Positions 1 through 12,013 of a stretch of DNA of 64,000 nucleotides are shown in pieces (position 1 is the first letter of the stretch; each line of letters starts with the position of its first letter). The stretch covers positions 5,208,001-5,272,000 of the forward strand of contig JBHGNT010000021.1 of the NCBI GenBank assembly GCA_043228905.1, given 5' to 3'. Both the position numbers and the translations under genes were made by a program. This stretch comes from Azolla caroliniana. Its lineage: Eukaryota > Plantae > Polypodiophyta. The notes beneath the pieces were generated by a model, which searched no databases, was not told the origin of the DNA, and was given only the letters and a program-made list of their open reading frames with translations.

Positions 1-1647
1 TCTGGCAAGAGTCTAATTTTGGCGCATACCAATGGATGCGCGGTTAGGTGGGGGCGGATGTCGTGGAGAAAACCGTCCCTAGGTAGAAACCGGGTATAAC
101 GTGCGTAAACCAGCCTTTACACGTGGGCACAAGTTTTGTTGTATAGTACGTAGATAGGTACAAGTCGGCTGAGGTGAAATCCTAGGTAGCACGCATTCAT
201 TAGGGAATAAACATGATGTAACGGGTGATAACGGCCTCCCTCCTTGGGCTATAAAAGAGAGGGAGAGGTATTGTAAAAGGTATCGCGTTTTGTGGAGGAT
301 GAAGTGTTGCCGGACTGGAACCGAGCTCTTCTCCTCTATCTTCTCCATAGTCGTTTTGTGCAGGTTTTCGGGACGTTGTCACGTTGTTACGCGCGTGCAT
401 GTAGAAGGGGCGGGACCACGGGGGTCTTGGGCTAGGGAGTAGAGGAGAAAGAATAAGATATGAGAAATGGAAGCTTAACACCGGATGAGGAGATGAAGAG
501 TAGCACATAAGCATAGACCAAAATAGATGGACACAAGATCCACAACAAGATATATTAAAACGAACTGTCGATTACAACGATGGTGGCCGCATGGACCGCA
601 CCAAAACTATGGGAAAACCCTAACCGGGGATGAACAAGGAGACCCTACACGAAACCCTAACCCTAAAACGGTAAGAATTCTACACACTGTGGTATACCTT
701 TCATACACAAAATAGGCAACTCCTTCATAAGTGACCCCTCCCTTCCTTTTATAGCCCAAGGAGGGAGGGACTTTACAATGTGGGATAAAATTTCCCCTCT
801 TATTTCTATACACCATTTCCTAGTATACATGTGCACATGGTGCACACCACCGATTTGCCTATTCCACCCCGATTTCTGCCTATGGACGAAAATCTTCACG
901 ACAACGCAGCCAACAAACCGCACATCCACCGGTATATGCCAAGAAAGGAGAAGAGGTGCGATTTTTCGGCCATGGTGATAAAACCGAGGTCCACCGTGTC
1001 CTCGTTGGCCTTGCTCGGCTTCGTTTTCCATTTCGAGCACGCCCGTCCCTTCCACACGAACCGTCGTAGCATCCCGTTCCACCGTATCCGTCGCACGTCC
1101 TCAAGCCGACGGCTCCAACCGATCCACCACATCCACCATGCGTCCCCAAAACATCGACTCCATCCAAACCGCCATATCCACCGCATGCACCTTCGTCCCC
1201 GGTCGGTCCTCCCGAACGCCATTGCCGATCCGGTCACTCTTTCTTTGTCCGCCACGTAGGTCCTCTGATTAGGCCCTCGATCATCCCGTTTGCTCACCGG
1301 ATTCCGCCCCTCGCGTACCACTTGTGTTCTATCTCCGGCTCGATCCTCTCTTCGTTTCGAACACCTCGTGCCGATTCCCTCCGTTCCGCGCTCACCTTCC
1401 GTAGGCTCTTTCCGTGTGCCCTTGTTGTCTCCCGAACATGCGCTCGTTCTTCAGTCCCTCGGCGACCTCATTACGTGCTCCTCGCTTCTCCTTTGCTCGC
1501 CATGCTCTCTCATCGTAGAGCGTACCGTCATCCCGACCACCATGTCAGTGTCCTTCGCGACTCCCGTTACCACTTCATCCCGACTCTCGTCCTCTTGGCC
1601 CGCTTGGCCTCGCATGCCTTCCGAGATGCCGCGCTTCCTCTTCCCGG

Positions 1648-2333
1648 TGTCGCGATGTTACGCGCGTGCGTGTAGAAGGGCGGGACCACGGGGGTCTTGG
1701 ACCGAGGAATAGCTGAGGAGGAGAACGGAAAGGCAGCGAACGCTCTTGCACACACACACACACACAGGAGCACACGGGAATCACAGTCCGACAACACAGG
1801 GAACGAGACGACTAGAAGTCCGTGTATATGAATGTGTATGTATATAAATAAACAAAGATATATTGAGACGGTTACAACTACAGGCCGGCAAGGCGAACAC
1901 CGACGCCTGTTTACTCACATACAGAAGAGCGAGATGGAGACCTGCCGGACGCACACAGGCGTTCCACGGAGCAGTGTCAGCCTCCCGAAAACCTGCGCAA
2001 GCAAATACAAAGAAAGAAGGAGGAGAAGAGCTCGGTCCCAGTCCGACAGCACTTCGTCCTCGACAAAAAGTGATCCCTTTTTCATTCCTCTCCCTCTCTT
2101 TTATAGCCCAAGGAGTGAGGCCATTATCATTCGTTACATCATTTTAATTGTCTGTCCTTTCGGACAGAGATACACCTCGATTCTCTCCTTATTGAATGCG
2201 TGCTACCTAGGATTTTACCTCAGCCGACTTGTACCTAGCTACTTACTATACAACGAAAAGTGTGCTCGCGTGTAAAGGCCGGTTTACACACGCTAAACTC
2301 GGTTTCCACCTAGGGACGATTTTCTTCACAACA
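1648..2333 (-). mobile_element. Solo LTR E (C-family, 686 bp) inserted in element D, 4-bp TSD CCGG
   Basis: TGTCGCG...CACAACA is flanked by CCGG at 1644-1647 and 2334-2337. The uninterrupted internal repeat copy near 2860-2900 shows the empty site. Confidence 0.9.
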
Positions 2334-4089
2334 CCGGCGCGTAGCCCGTTGCCCTCCACGCACCTCCTCCGGTTCTCAAAACATAGCCTTCCATGCTCGC
2401 CGATCATCCGACGATACCGGCACCTCACCGCTCCGTCTCTCGCCGCGTGCATTCCTCGCAAAGGCTCATATGTCCTCCGGGTGCGCTCCCGGTCTCTCCG
2501 ATCGCACTCCGGATTCCGCCCTTTTCGTGTTGCGTATGTTCCTCCTTTGGTTTTATCGTCTCCGCATGCCGAACACCCCGGCGTGTCGACTCTTCCTACT
2601 CCGCGCTTGCCTTCCATAGGCTCTTCTCGTGCGCCGATGTTGTCCCCCGAATATGCGCTCATTCTTTGGCCCTTAGACGACCCCATTCCGCGTTCCTTGT
2701 CTCGCCTTTTCCTGTCGTGCTCTCTCGCCGAAGAGCGTACCGTCATCCCGACCTCCGTGTCGGTGTCCCTCGAGGCTCTCGTTACCGCCTCGCCTCGCCT
2801 CGACTTGCGCCCTTTTGGCCCGCTTGGCCTTGCATGCCCTCCGGGAAGCCACCGCGTATTCTCTTCCCGGTGTGTACCCCGTTGTTCTCCGCGCACCATC
2901 CTTTGCTCTCGTCGTTCATCCGCAAATCCCGGCAACTCACCGCTCCGTCTCTTGATGCGTGCTTGCCTCTCAAAGGCTCGACCTGTCCGCCGTTGCCGGT
3001 CACTCGTTGCCGCTCTTCCGAGTTCATGCTTGCTTCTTGGCCCTTTGTCGTCCGTAGTGAATGCTTCGTGTTACACGCTTCATCCGTTGTAGACCCAACC
3101 TCCGCGTCGGTCTCTTCGTCCTTTGTTGCCGTAGCCCCTTTCGACTCTGGCTTGCCATCTGGGTCGTGCTCGTCCGTCTTCACACACCGGGTACCCATTC
3201 CGGTAGCCTCGTCCGTTCCAGTCTCCGACTCCTTGCCGCCACCCGCCGTCTCTTCGGTCTTATGTTGATCCGCAACCACCGAAGTCTCAAGAATAGGTGT
3301 GGAGGGTTCCTCTTGCTCTCAGTCTTCCGCCAAGCCGTAATCACCGTGCCCAGTTAGCCTCCTTCTCGCGCTCAGTGGCTCCCACCGGGTGTTGTGGCTC
3401 GTTCGCCTCGACCTCCAATCATGCCGACTTAGCCTTCGCCCAGATCAGTCTCGGCCGATCGAGTTCCGGTTTGGTCGGCTCCCTTCCGTAACCGTAACCG
3501 GCCGGTACATGTTTGTCCGCACAAATCCGGCCTTGCCGGCTCTTCTTCGGTTCGGGCCCGGTTGACCAGACCCCACACCAATCTTCTTCCGCCTCGTCTT
3601 CCGGTCGTGTCGGATTATCGACCGGTTCTTCTTCCGGTCGGGACAGTTCCCGACTCTCTCCTCCTTGCTGCTCCCGACCTCTCCGTCGGTCCTCTTGTAT
3701 ATGCCCGTTCCGGGCCTCGCATCCTCATCTTTGCACGTGTTCGCTCCAGGCCATGCCTCCTCATGGCCATCGTCCTTCTCTCTGGTCTTATGTCCACACT
3801 CGGGCACAACCGTCGTAGTCTCCGGTCTCGGTGTCGAGGGGTCTCTCCTCCGTCCACTATGACCTTCCTCGTCGTCGTTTTGATCGTCCGCTTTGCCACC
3901 GCCACCTTCTGTCTCTCCGGCCTCGGGGCTGACCGCCGAAGTCTCTAGAATAGGTGTGGGAAAAGTCTCGGTACCATCACTCGTCGATGTCATGTTTGTA
4001 GCCACCTTCGTTCGGAGGCCATGGTTCGTGGCTATCTCGTCCCCGGTTACGCAAGCCTCGGTTATGCTTGCTACCTCCTCGTCCTCGTC

Positions 4090-5436
4090 TCAGTTGCCCG
4101 CCTTGTTGTCGCCACCGCCCGTCGCTCTAGGACTCACGCCGGCACTCGGGCCGACCACCAGAGCCTCCAGGACCGGTGTGGGTAAGGACCCGGCACCACC
4201 GCTCGTTGTGTCCATAACCGCCTCCGTCCGGACGTCGTTGTCCGTGGCTACCCCGCCTCCGATCGCGCAAGCCTTGATTACGCTTGCCGCCTTCTCTTCC
4301 ATGTCGTTGTCTCGGTTGCCCGCCTTGCCGCCGCCACCACCCGTCGCTCTAGGTCTCATGCCGGCACTCAGGCCGACCACCGGAGCCTCTAGGACCGGTG
4401 TGTGTAAGGTCGCGGCACCGCCGCTCGTCTCCTCCCCACTCGATGTTTCAGGCCGCCATGTCCCGAATCCGTAGTTACCGGCCTCCATGGCCGTCCCTTC
4501 ACCGCAAGGCAAGAGGGTCGCTTGCTCCGCACCCTCTCCCATGTCATTGTCGTACGCTCTTCCGGCCTCCGTATAGGCCCCATCTTCTACGCTTAGGGAG
4601 GCTTCTTCCTCCGCATCCTCCGATCGCCTCCAGCCCGACTCCATAATAAGCCCTTCTTCGGCTTCGATTTTCCCCTTCACAAGCTCGCATGCCTCCCCTA
4701 TTAGCGCTTCTAGGTAGAGCTCCTCCGAACCATTTTGCGTTGAGCTCTCTTCCGGCGGTAGTGCGTACTCACTTGCCGCTCTCTCTTCTCCGCCGCTCGT
4801 GGGCTGTGTTGTGGCCGACTGCCCCGCATCATGTTTCCGGCACACCCATTCCACCTCGGACCACTCCTCGGTGAGACCATGTGCTCCATAATCATCTTGA
4901 AGCTCGAATAAGATGTCTGTCCTCTCCTCTTGATGGATCGTCTTCAAAAAAAAGAGGACTTTGTCCGCCCCCACCGATCTCCGATCTCGCTCCGAGAGTT
5001 GAGAGAAACGGCGCTCGAACTCTCGGAATGCCTCCATCGCACTCCGACGACGCCTTGCCAATGCCACCCACCGATCGAACTCATGTCAACCTCTTCCTTC
5101 CGGTTCCGTGTACCCGTACGCCTCCAATAGGGCTCCCTCAAAGGACACCCACGACTCATGAGCTTCTCGTAGCTCCTTGACCTCCTTGTGCACTGATACG
5201 ACCGCCACTCGAGGAAAATACTCTAGCCGCATCGCCTCATCCACGCCCCCTTTCGCCATCTCGGCCTTGTAGGCTCCCAAAAATTTTAGGACCTCATTCC
5301 CATTGAACCGGCCGACTCGATCGACCACCCTTTCGACGGCTTGTTGAGCTGCATCTCGCTTCGTCATCTTCCGTCCGGCTTCCATCACGATCTTTGTCAT
5401 CATCTCCTCGAAGTCGAAGTCTTCTTCCATCTCCAT
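4090..5436 (-). pseudogene. gag: Frameshifted gag of element D (ORFs 5436-5086 and 5067-4090) running into an acidic/Gly-Thr low-complexity extension
   Basis: ATG is 15 nt after the PBS. The FREFERRFSQLS...DKVLFFLKTI segment resembles the gag remnant of element A (LQEFEKRFAHLS...RVLLFIKSV). Confidence 0.75.
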
Positions 5437-5451
5437 GCTCCCTTGCCACCC

Positions 5452-5469
5452 TTCACGTCGGGTTCACCA
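5452..5469 (-). promoter_or_regulatory. Primer-binding site complementary to the 3' end of tRNA-Trp
   Basis: The + strand reads TTCACGTCGGGTTCACCA, matching the 3' 18 nt (with CCA) of plant cytosolic tRNA-Trp as I recall it. It lies 4 nt from the LTR start at 5474. Confidence 0.85.
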
Positions 5470-7071
5470 ATGATGTCGCGTTGTTACGCGCGTGCATGTA
5501 GAAGGGGCGGGACCACGGGGGTCTTGGACTAGGGAGTAGAGGAGAAAGAATAAGATATGACAAATGGAAGCTTAACACCGGATGAGGAGATGAAGAGTAG
5601 CACATAAGCATAGAACAAAATAAATGGACGCAAGATCCACAACAAGATATATTAAAACGAACGGTCGATTACAACAATGGTGGCCGCATGGACCGCACCA
5701 AAACTATGAGAAAACCCTAACCGGGGATGAACAAGGAGACCCTACACGAAACCCTAACCCTAAAACGGTAAGAATTCTACACACTGTGGTATACCTTTCA
5801 TACGCAAAATAGGCAACTCCTTCATAAGTGACCCCTCCCTTCCTTTTATAGCCCAAGGAGGGAGGGACCTTACAATGTGGGATAAAATTTCCCCTCTTAT
5901 TTCTATACATCATTTCCTAGTATACATGTGCACATGTTGCACACCACCGATTTGCCTATTCCACCCCGATTTCCGCCTATGGACGAAAATCTTCACGACA
6001 ACGCAGACTCTGCTCCACAAAAACGCCCGAGTGCTTCCGGTAGAGTCTCCGTCTCGCGTTCTGTGTGTGTGTGTGCAGGCGTCGGAGCCTATCACTCGTC
6101 GGCTTGCCGGTTGTAACCTCTTGATTTATATATACACATACATTCATTCTGTCTCCATTGTTCGGAGTTAGTTGCAACTCTTGTGAATCTGTGTCTCTGT
6201 GTCAGTGCGCGTGCGGAGTACATTGGTAATTTCCTTCCCCTCTTCTCATTCGGTTATTTCTCGGTTCAAGGCCCCCGTGGTCCCGCCTCGTTCTCCACGC
6301 ACGTGCGTAACAACGCAACAATGTGACGCATGTGCCAAACATCGAGATGTTTAGGGTTTAGAATGTGGAGCCTCTGTCGGGAGCACACGGTGGTTCATTC
6401 AACCGGGAAGCGTTGTCAATTGTAAACAGGCCTAACCGGCCCTACGCTTGCGCGTTTCTCCCTTCCTCTTCTTTCTCTTGCTCCTCGGTTCAAGGCCCCC
6501 GTGGTCCCGCCTTATTTCCCACGTGAAAGCGAAACAACATGACACTGTGTGCTCCCGACAGAGGCTCCACATTGTATCTCGGGGTTGGGGTGTGTGCGTT
6601 GTTAGCTAAACACACATCACATGTGCAAAACCCTCACGTGCGCAAACAAGCACCGGCCTCTATCCACAAGTGGTGAAGGAGGATCGAAAGGATCGTTCAA
6701 GACAATGGAACGGTGGAAGGACTAGTGCATGCGTGAAGTATTAAAGATAGATTGATACGGATGGGACGAATTCCCGGTTTGAACTTTTGACTTCAAAGTT
6801 GAGATACAAGACACATTGTCAATGAGATAACTAAGACTTACTAATTATTATTGATTGCATACATTACTTGATTTCCTTTCCCTTCCTCTCCTTCTTATAT
6901 AGATACCCCCATGCATATGTGCATGTGAGGGTGTAGTACATGCATACAATGCATGATTGCCATTTGGCACTCATGCATCACATGTGATGCATGATGACCA
7001 TGTACCTCATCCAAGCTCTCATGTACCAATAGTTCGTATGAAAAGTAAATGAAGAAAACAAGTTTTAAAGG

Positions 7072-7148
7072 AAATAACCTAGTCTAATGGTAGGTCAATT
7101 GCCTCTTATCTTAGATGTGTAAGGTTCAAACCCTTACTTGCACCTCAT
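7072..7148 (+). other. tRNA-derived Pol III-like module in LTR B (second copy ~10430-10506)
   Basis: A-box-like TAGTCTAATGG at 7080-7090 and T-arm GTAAGG-TTCAAAC-CCTTAC at 7119-7137. Confidence 0.65.
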
Positions 7149-7401
7149 TGTATGTGTTAGGCTTATTTTATATATTTGTGTAATGAATACCTAAATACAC
7201 ATGACACGTGCACATTAACGTGTTAACATCCATGTGTAACCATCACTCCTTTCATACGTGTGCACATTACACCTTCTCGATTTTCCTCGTTCCACGCGAT
7301 TTTCACATTGTTGCCGAAAATCTTCACGATATCCACCCCCACCAAACTGCGCGTCCTCCGGTACGTGCCAAGAAGTGAGTGTGAGATTTTAGCTACGGTG
7401 A

Positions 7402-9535
7402 TTAATCAATTTCCTCCACATCTTCCTTGCTCACGTTTGTGGGTCCCGTTGTACTATCTTCATTGTCGAGGTCATCGAGGTTAGGACCCTCATCTTGTGT
7501 TTTCTTGAATATCTTCACTCTTTTCCCCGCAATGGGTATGGCAAGCCTTGATCCGTCTAGCTCCGCGAGGTGGTAGGTGGCATTGTCGTTGGCACTTATC
7601 ACCACATCTGGTCTGAACCTCCTTCTTGCGAACTTCCTTGTCATCTTGTGTTGGTTGTCAAGGTTGTTGTCGTAGACCAATACCCAATCTCCTTCTTCGA
7701 TCTTCTTGGGACACAGTCAGTGTGTCTTATCAAACCGAATCTTATTCTTCATGCGGGTTGTCTCCATTATCTTTCGCGCATTCTCTAGGTCTTTGGGTCT
7801 TCTTTCGAGTTGCCTTATTCGTGCCGCCAATAATTCTTCCCGGCTCATCTCATTCTGCCATGGTATTGCTACCCATGAGGCGATCGTCCTCTCGATGGAC
7901 ATTACTGGTTTCTGTCCATACATGAGCTCTGCTGGCATATAGCCTGTCACGGAACTGTGTGTAGTTCTATCGGCCCACAATGCACAGGGAAATAATTGCG
8001 GCCAATTCCCAACTCGACCATCGCATGCTCCTACTATGGCTTTGACTATCGGCCCATGTCCTTGCTCGATCTTCGCATTTTCTTCCGGATTATAAGCAGT
8101 TGTGAGGGAGAGGTTTACGCCTAGTCACTCGAAGAGCTCCATTGCTTTGTGTGCATCTAGCTCCCCTCGGCCGGTCATTATCTTTCCCACACATCCGTAT
8201 TGGCAGAAGACCTCTTCGAGTAGAAATTTGCATATGGCTATCGTCGTCTTATTTGGTAAGGCTCGTCCTTCTACCTGGTTTGTCAGGTCTTCCCTCGCTA
8301 GTACCAAGTACTTCATCTGTGCCACTCCCATTGGCATCGAGACCAAATCCACCATCCATTTAAATTGTATGGTGAGTGGGTATGTTGGTCACAACCCATC
8401 ACGGTGACGTACGTTCAAATGTACTTGACAACTTTCGCATGTGGACATGAAATGTAGTACATCTTTATACATGTTTGGCCACCAGTACTTTTCCTTTAGC
8501 TTTTCAAACGTTGCCCACGTTCCTTTATGACCTGCCCATGGACTTTCGTGGAATTCAGACATCAACGTTGTTTGGTCATCTTTCTTCACCACTACTCGTC
8601 GTGGCATCCTTGTCCTCCTCTTTGGATGCCGCCAGAGGAATCCTCCCTTCAGAAAGTACTAGTAAGCTTTCTTTCGTATTTGTAGAGCCTCCTCCTTCGT
8701 CCATGAAGCATCTGTCATCATCGTTCTCAAGAATCTGCCGATTAGTAACCACTCCCCTTCATACTCATTCTCGTTGAAAGCATGGAGGGTTGGTGTGTCT
8801 CTATCTTTTGCCGACAATTGGACTGCCTTGAAGAAGTCGAGGGCGACGTTTTCATCTTCTGAAACCATGTCACTTTCATCCTTGAATCTTGCTCTTGACA
8901 GCATGTCAACCATGGCATTGTTCTTCCCAGCAATGTGGCAGATCTCCGGGTTCAAAGACTTGATATAAGCGATCCACCTTAACATAGCCAGATCTGGTGT
9001 CGCACATCCGGAGATCATCCCAAGGATTGGGAGGCAATCCGTTTCAATTACCACCTCTGACCTGATCAGGTAGTCCTTGTCTACTTTTACTACAGACACG
9101 ATACCCCAGAGTTCCTGCTTTACTTGGACGTATCCTCGTTGTCGTTCGCTAAGAACCTTTGCTTCGAACCGGATGGCGTACCGTATGTTATTTCTCCTTC
9201 TTGGTTGATGACCCATCCAATTCCCGTTGGACTCGTATCTATCGTGACGTAGATGGGCATCCCTTCTTTGTAGACAACTTTCCTTAAAGATGGTGTTGCC
9301 ACTAGTAGCCCTTTTAACCTCTTCATCGCCTCTATGTGTATCGGTTCCCATTTGAATTTTCTCCCTTTTTTTAGTAAGCTATACAAGGGTTCGGCCACAT
9401 GAGCATAGTGTGGAATCCAAATGTGGTAGAACGCACATGCTCCTAAGAATATTCAGACCTCTATCTGCATTCCACATTCCTCTCGCATCTCTTGAATAGA
9501 ATTCACCTTCCCGGGAGAGGGTTTTTGTCCGTATG
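7402..9535 (-). pseudogene. pol: Disrupted pol of element B (RT C-terminus, RNase H, integrase)
   Basis: Motifs TIDTSPTGIGWV, RWIAYIKSL..HIAGKNN, zinc finger HESPWAGH..CESC, DLVSMP and YDNNLDNQH, spread over frameshifted ORFs. Confidence 0.92.
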
Positions 9536-9849
9536 GCCCGGAACTGAGGAGCAAGAGAAAGAAGAGGAAGGGAGAAACGCACAAGCGTAGGGCCGGTTAG
9601 GCCTGTTTACAACTAACAGCACTTGCCGGTTGAATGAACCACCAACGCGTATACCGACTGAACAAGAAGCACGCTCCTCGAGAGGTACAGTGTCGTAGAA
9701 ATCCATGCTTGCGGGTCGGTCGAACGGGACCACCGGGGGCTTTGACCAAGGATGATGAATCGGGTGACTTGTGCTTGTAAGGAATCGACCGTCGTTTAGG
9801 TTTTCAATCAGGTCATTCTTGTTGTCAAAGATGCTTGTGTGGGTTGACT

Positions 9850-9898
<49 letters not shown>

Positions 9899-11647
9899 AG
9901 AAAATATTTACCGCACCACAAAGATGTCATGAAGCACGTGACGCATGTGCCAAACGTCGAGATGTGCGTGTTACACGTGCGCAGACAAGCACCAGCCTCT
10001 ATCCGCAAGTGGTGATGGAGGATCGAAAGGATCATTCAAGACAATGGAACGGTGGAAGGACTAGCGCATGCGAGAAGTATTAAAGATAGATTGAAAAATT
10101 GATAAGGACGGGACGAATTCCCGGTTTGAACTTATGACTTCACAGTTGAGATATAAGACACATTGCCAATGAGATAACTAAGATTTATTAATTATTATTG
10201 ATTGCATACATTACTTGCTTTCCTTTCCCTTCCTCTCCTTCTTATATAGATGCCCCCATGCATATGTGCATGTGAGGGTGTAATACATGCATACAATGCA
10301 TGTAATGTATGATTGCCATTTGGCACTCATGCATCACATGTGATGCATGATGACCATGTACCTCATCCAAACTCTCATGTACCAGTAGTTCATGTGAAAA
10401 GCACAATGAATAAAACAAGTTATTAAAGGAAATAACCTAATCTAATGGTATGTCAATTGCCTCCTATCTTAGAAGTGTAATGTTCAAACCCTTACTTGCA
10501 CTTCATTGTATGTGTTAGGCTTATTTTATATATTTCTATAATGAACACCTAAACACACATGACACGTGCACATTAACGTGTTAACATCCATGTGTAACCA
10601 TCACTCCTTTCATACGTGTGCACATTACACCTTCTCGATTTTCCTCGTTCCACGCGATTTTCACATTGTTGCCGAAAATCTTCACGACAACATGTTCAAT
10701 GAATCGCTTCCATTATCAAAACGAGAATTTATGGAATGGGTCAAAAGCCTCGGAAAGGGGAGGAACATGTCGGTGCTCCTCCAAGAGTTCGAGAAACGGT
10801 TTGCTCATCTCTCAGCGTTGGACAGGACCGTGCTCAACACGAGCCGTGTCCTGCTATTCATCAAGTCCGTGGACGCACAGGATCCGGAGAAGGTGGGTCC
10901 CCTATTGGAGACGGACGATGGGCTCACAGCCGACTGGGCAGTGGTAAAAAGGTTCTGCAGTCGTTTCGACAAACGGTGTGAGTGGAGTGAAGAGGGACCA
11001 TCGGCAACAGGACCGGTGGCGGCAAGGAAGTTTGAGGAGCCATTGACCGTGGACACGAGCCCAACCGGGATCGGATGGGTGGTCAATCAGGAGGATGAGA
11101 ACGGTGCGAGGTTCCCTATCTGCTTTGGGGCGAAGGTATTGAGTGAGCGGCAGTGAGGATATGTCCAGGTTAAATGCTAACTCTGGGGTATCATTTCGGC
11201 AGTCAAGGCCGACAAAGACTATCTGATCGAGACGGAGGTAATAATTGAGACGGACTGCCTACCTATCCTAGGTATGGTTTCCAAATGCGCGACTCCGGAC
11301 CTAGCTATGCTAAGGTGGATTGCGTATATGCTAAGGTGGATTGCGTACATCAAGTCCCTAAAATCGGAGATACGGCACATCTCCGGGAAAGACAACACCA
11401 TGGCCGATATGCTTTCGAGAGCGCAGTTCGACGACAAGGACGGCATGGTCTCCAAAGACGAAGAAGTTGGCGTAGACTTCTTCGATTCGCCTCGCATAGC
11501 GGCAAGGGAGGGGAGCACTCCGTCACTCAATGAGTTCAACGAGAACGAGTACAATGGGGAGTGGTTCCGGATCGGCAAGTTCCTAAAAACGTTAACGTCG
11601 GACGTGGCGAACAGAATTCGGAAGAAGGCATACCGGTTCTTCCTGCG

Positions 11648-12013
11648 GAATGGGAGTATATGGAGGCACCCGAAGAAGCGTAACGGTGTTCCACTCCACG
11701 TTGTCGAGGAAATCCTCGCGTGTTCGTGAAATGAAGCGGAACCACCGAGGTCCTGGACCGGAAGTATTCAATGTTTTTAGAAGCGTACGCGAGAAAGTAT
11801 TGAAGATAGATAGACGGATGAAGAGAGAGAGAATGGGAGTATATGGAGGCACCTGAAGAAGCGTAACGGTGTTCCACTCCACGTTGTCGAGGAAATCCTC
11901 GCGTGTTCGTGAAATGAAGCGGAACCACCGAGGTCCTGGACCGGAAGGATTCAATGTTTTTAGAAGCGTACGCGAGAAAGTATTGAAGATAGATAGACGG
12001 ATGAAGAGAGAGA
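11648..12013 (+). repeat. 183-bp tandem duplication spanning the host/LTR F junction
   Basis: GAATGGGAGTATATGGAGGCACC... recurs at 11648 and 11831. Confidence 0.92.

Larger units (their letters stand above)
377..6000 (-). mobile_element. Non-autonomous Gypsy-type element D: 527-bp LTRs (377-903, 5474-6000), gag but no recognisable pol
   Basis: TG...CA direct repeats with about 14 substitutions counted by eye. tRNA-Trp PBS next to the right LTR, gag ORF immediately downstream, 4-bp flanks ACGT/ACGC. Confidence 0.92.
1..6320 (+). mobile_element. Gypsy element C: 3' end, PPT (~46-58) and 3' LTR split into 59-376 and 6005-6320 by element D
   Basis: GGTGGGGGCGGA precedes TGTCGTGG at 59, and the LTR ends ...CGCAACA at 6320. 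The joined halves align with the reverse complement of solo LTR E (1648-2333). Confidence 0.85.
6321..10689 (-). mobile_element. Degenerate Gypsy element B: partial 3' LTR 6321-7331, PPT 7332-7340, pol remnant, 5' LTR ~9691-10689
   Basis: Long direct repeat 6635-7331 vs ~9974-10689. RT-RNaseH-INT order on the minus strand. gag/PR and the PBS are replaced by filler at ~9536-9690. Confidence 0.88.

Noticed and set aside
831-4474. Long plus-strand ORFs (e.g. 2229-3092, 2393-3268, 3893-4474)
   Set aside because: They are antisense shadows of GC-rich retroelement sequence with no recognisable domain.
9925-9940. TGTCATG at 9925 as the start of LTR B
   Set aside because: TGTCGTAGAAATCC...GGGACCACCGGGGG at 9691 matches the termini of related LTRs better.
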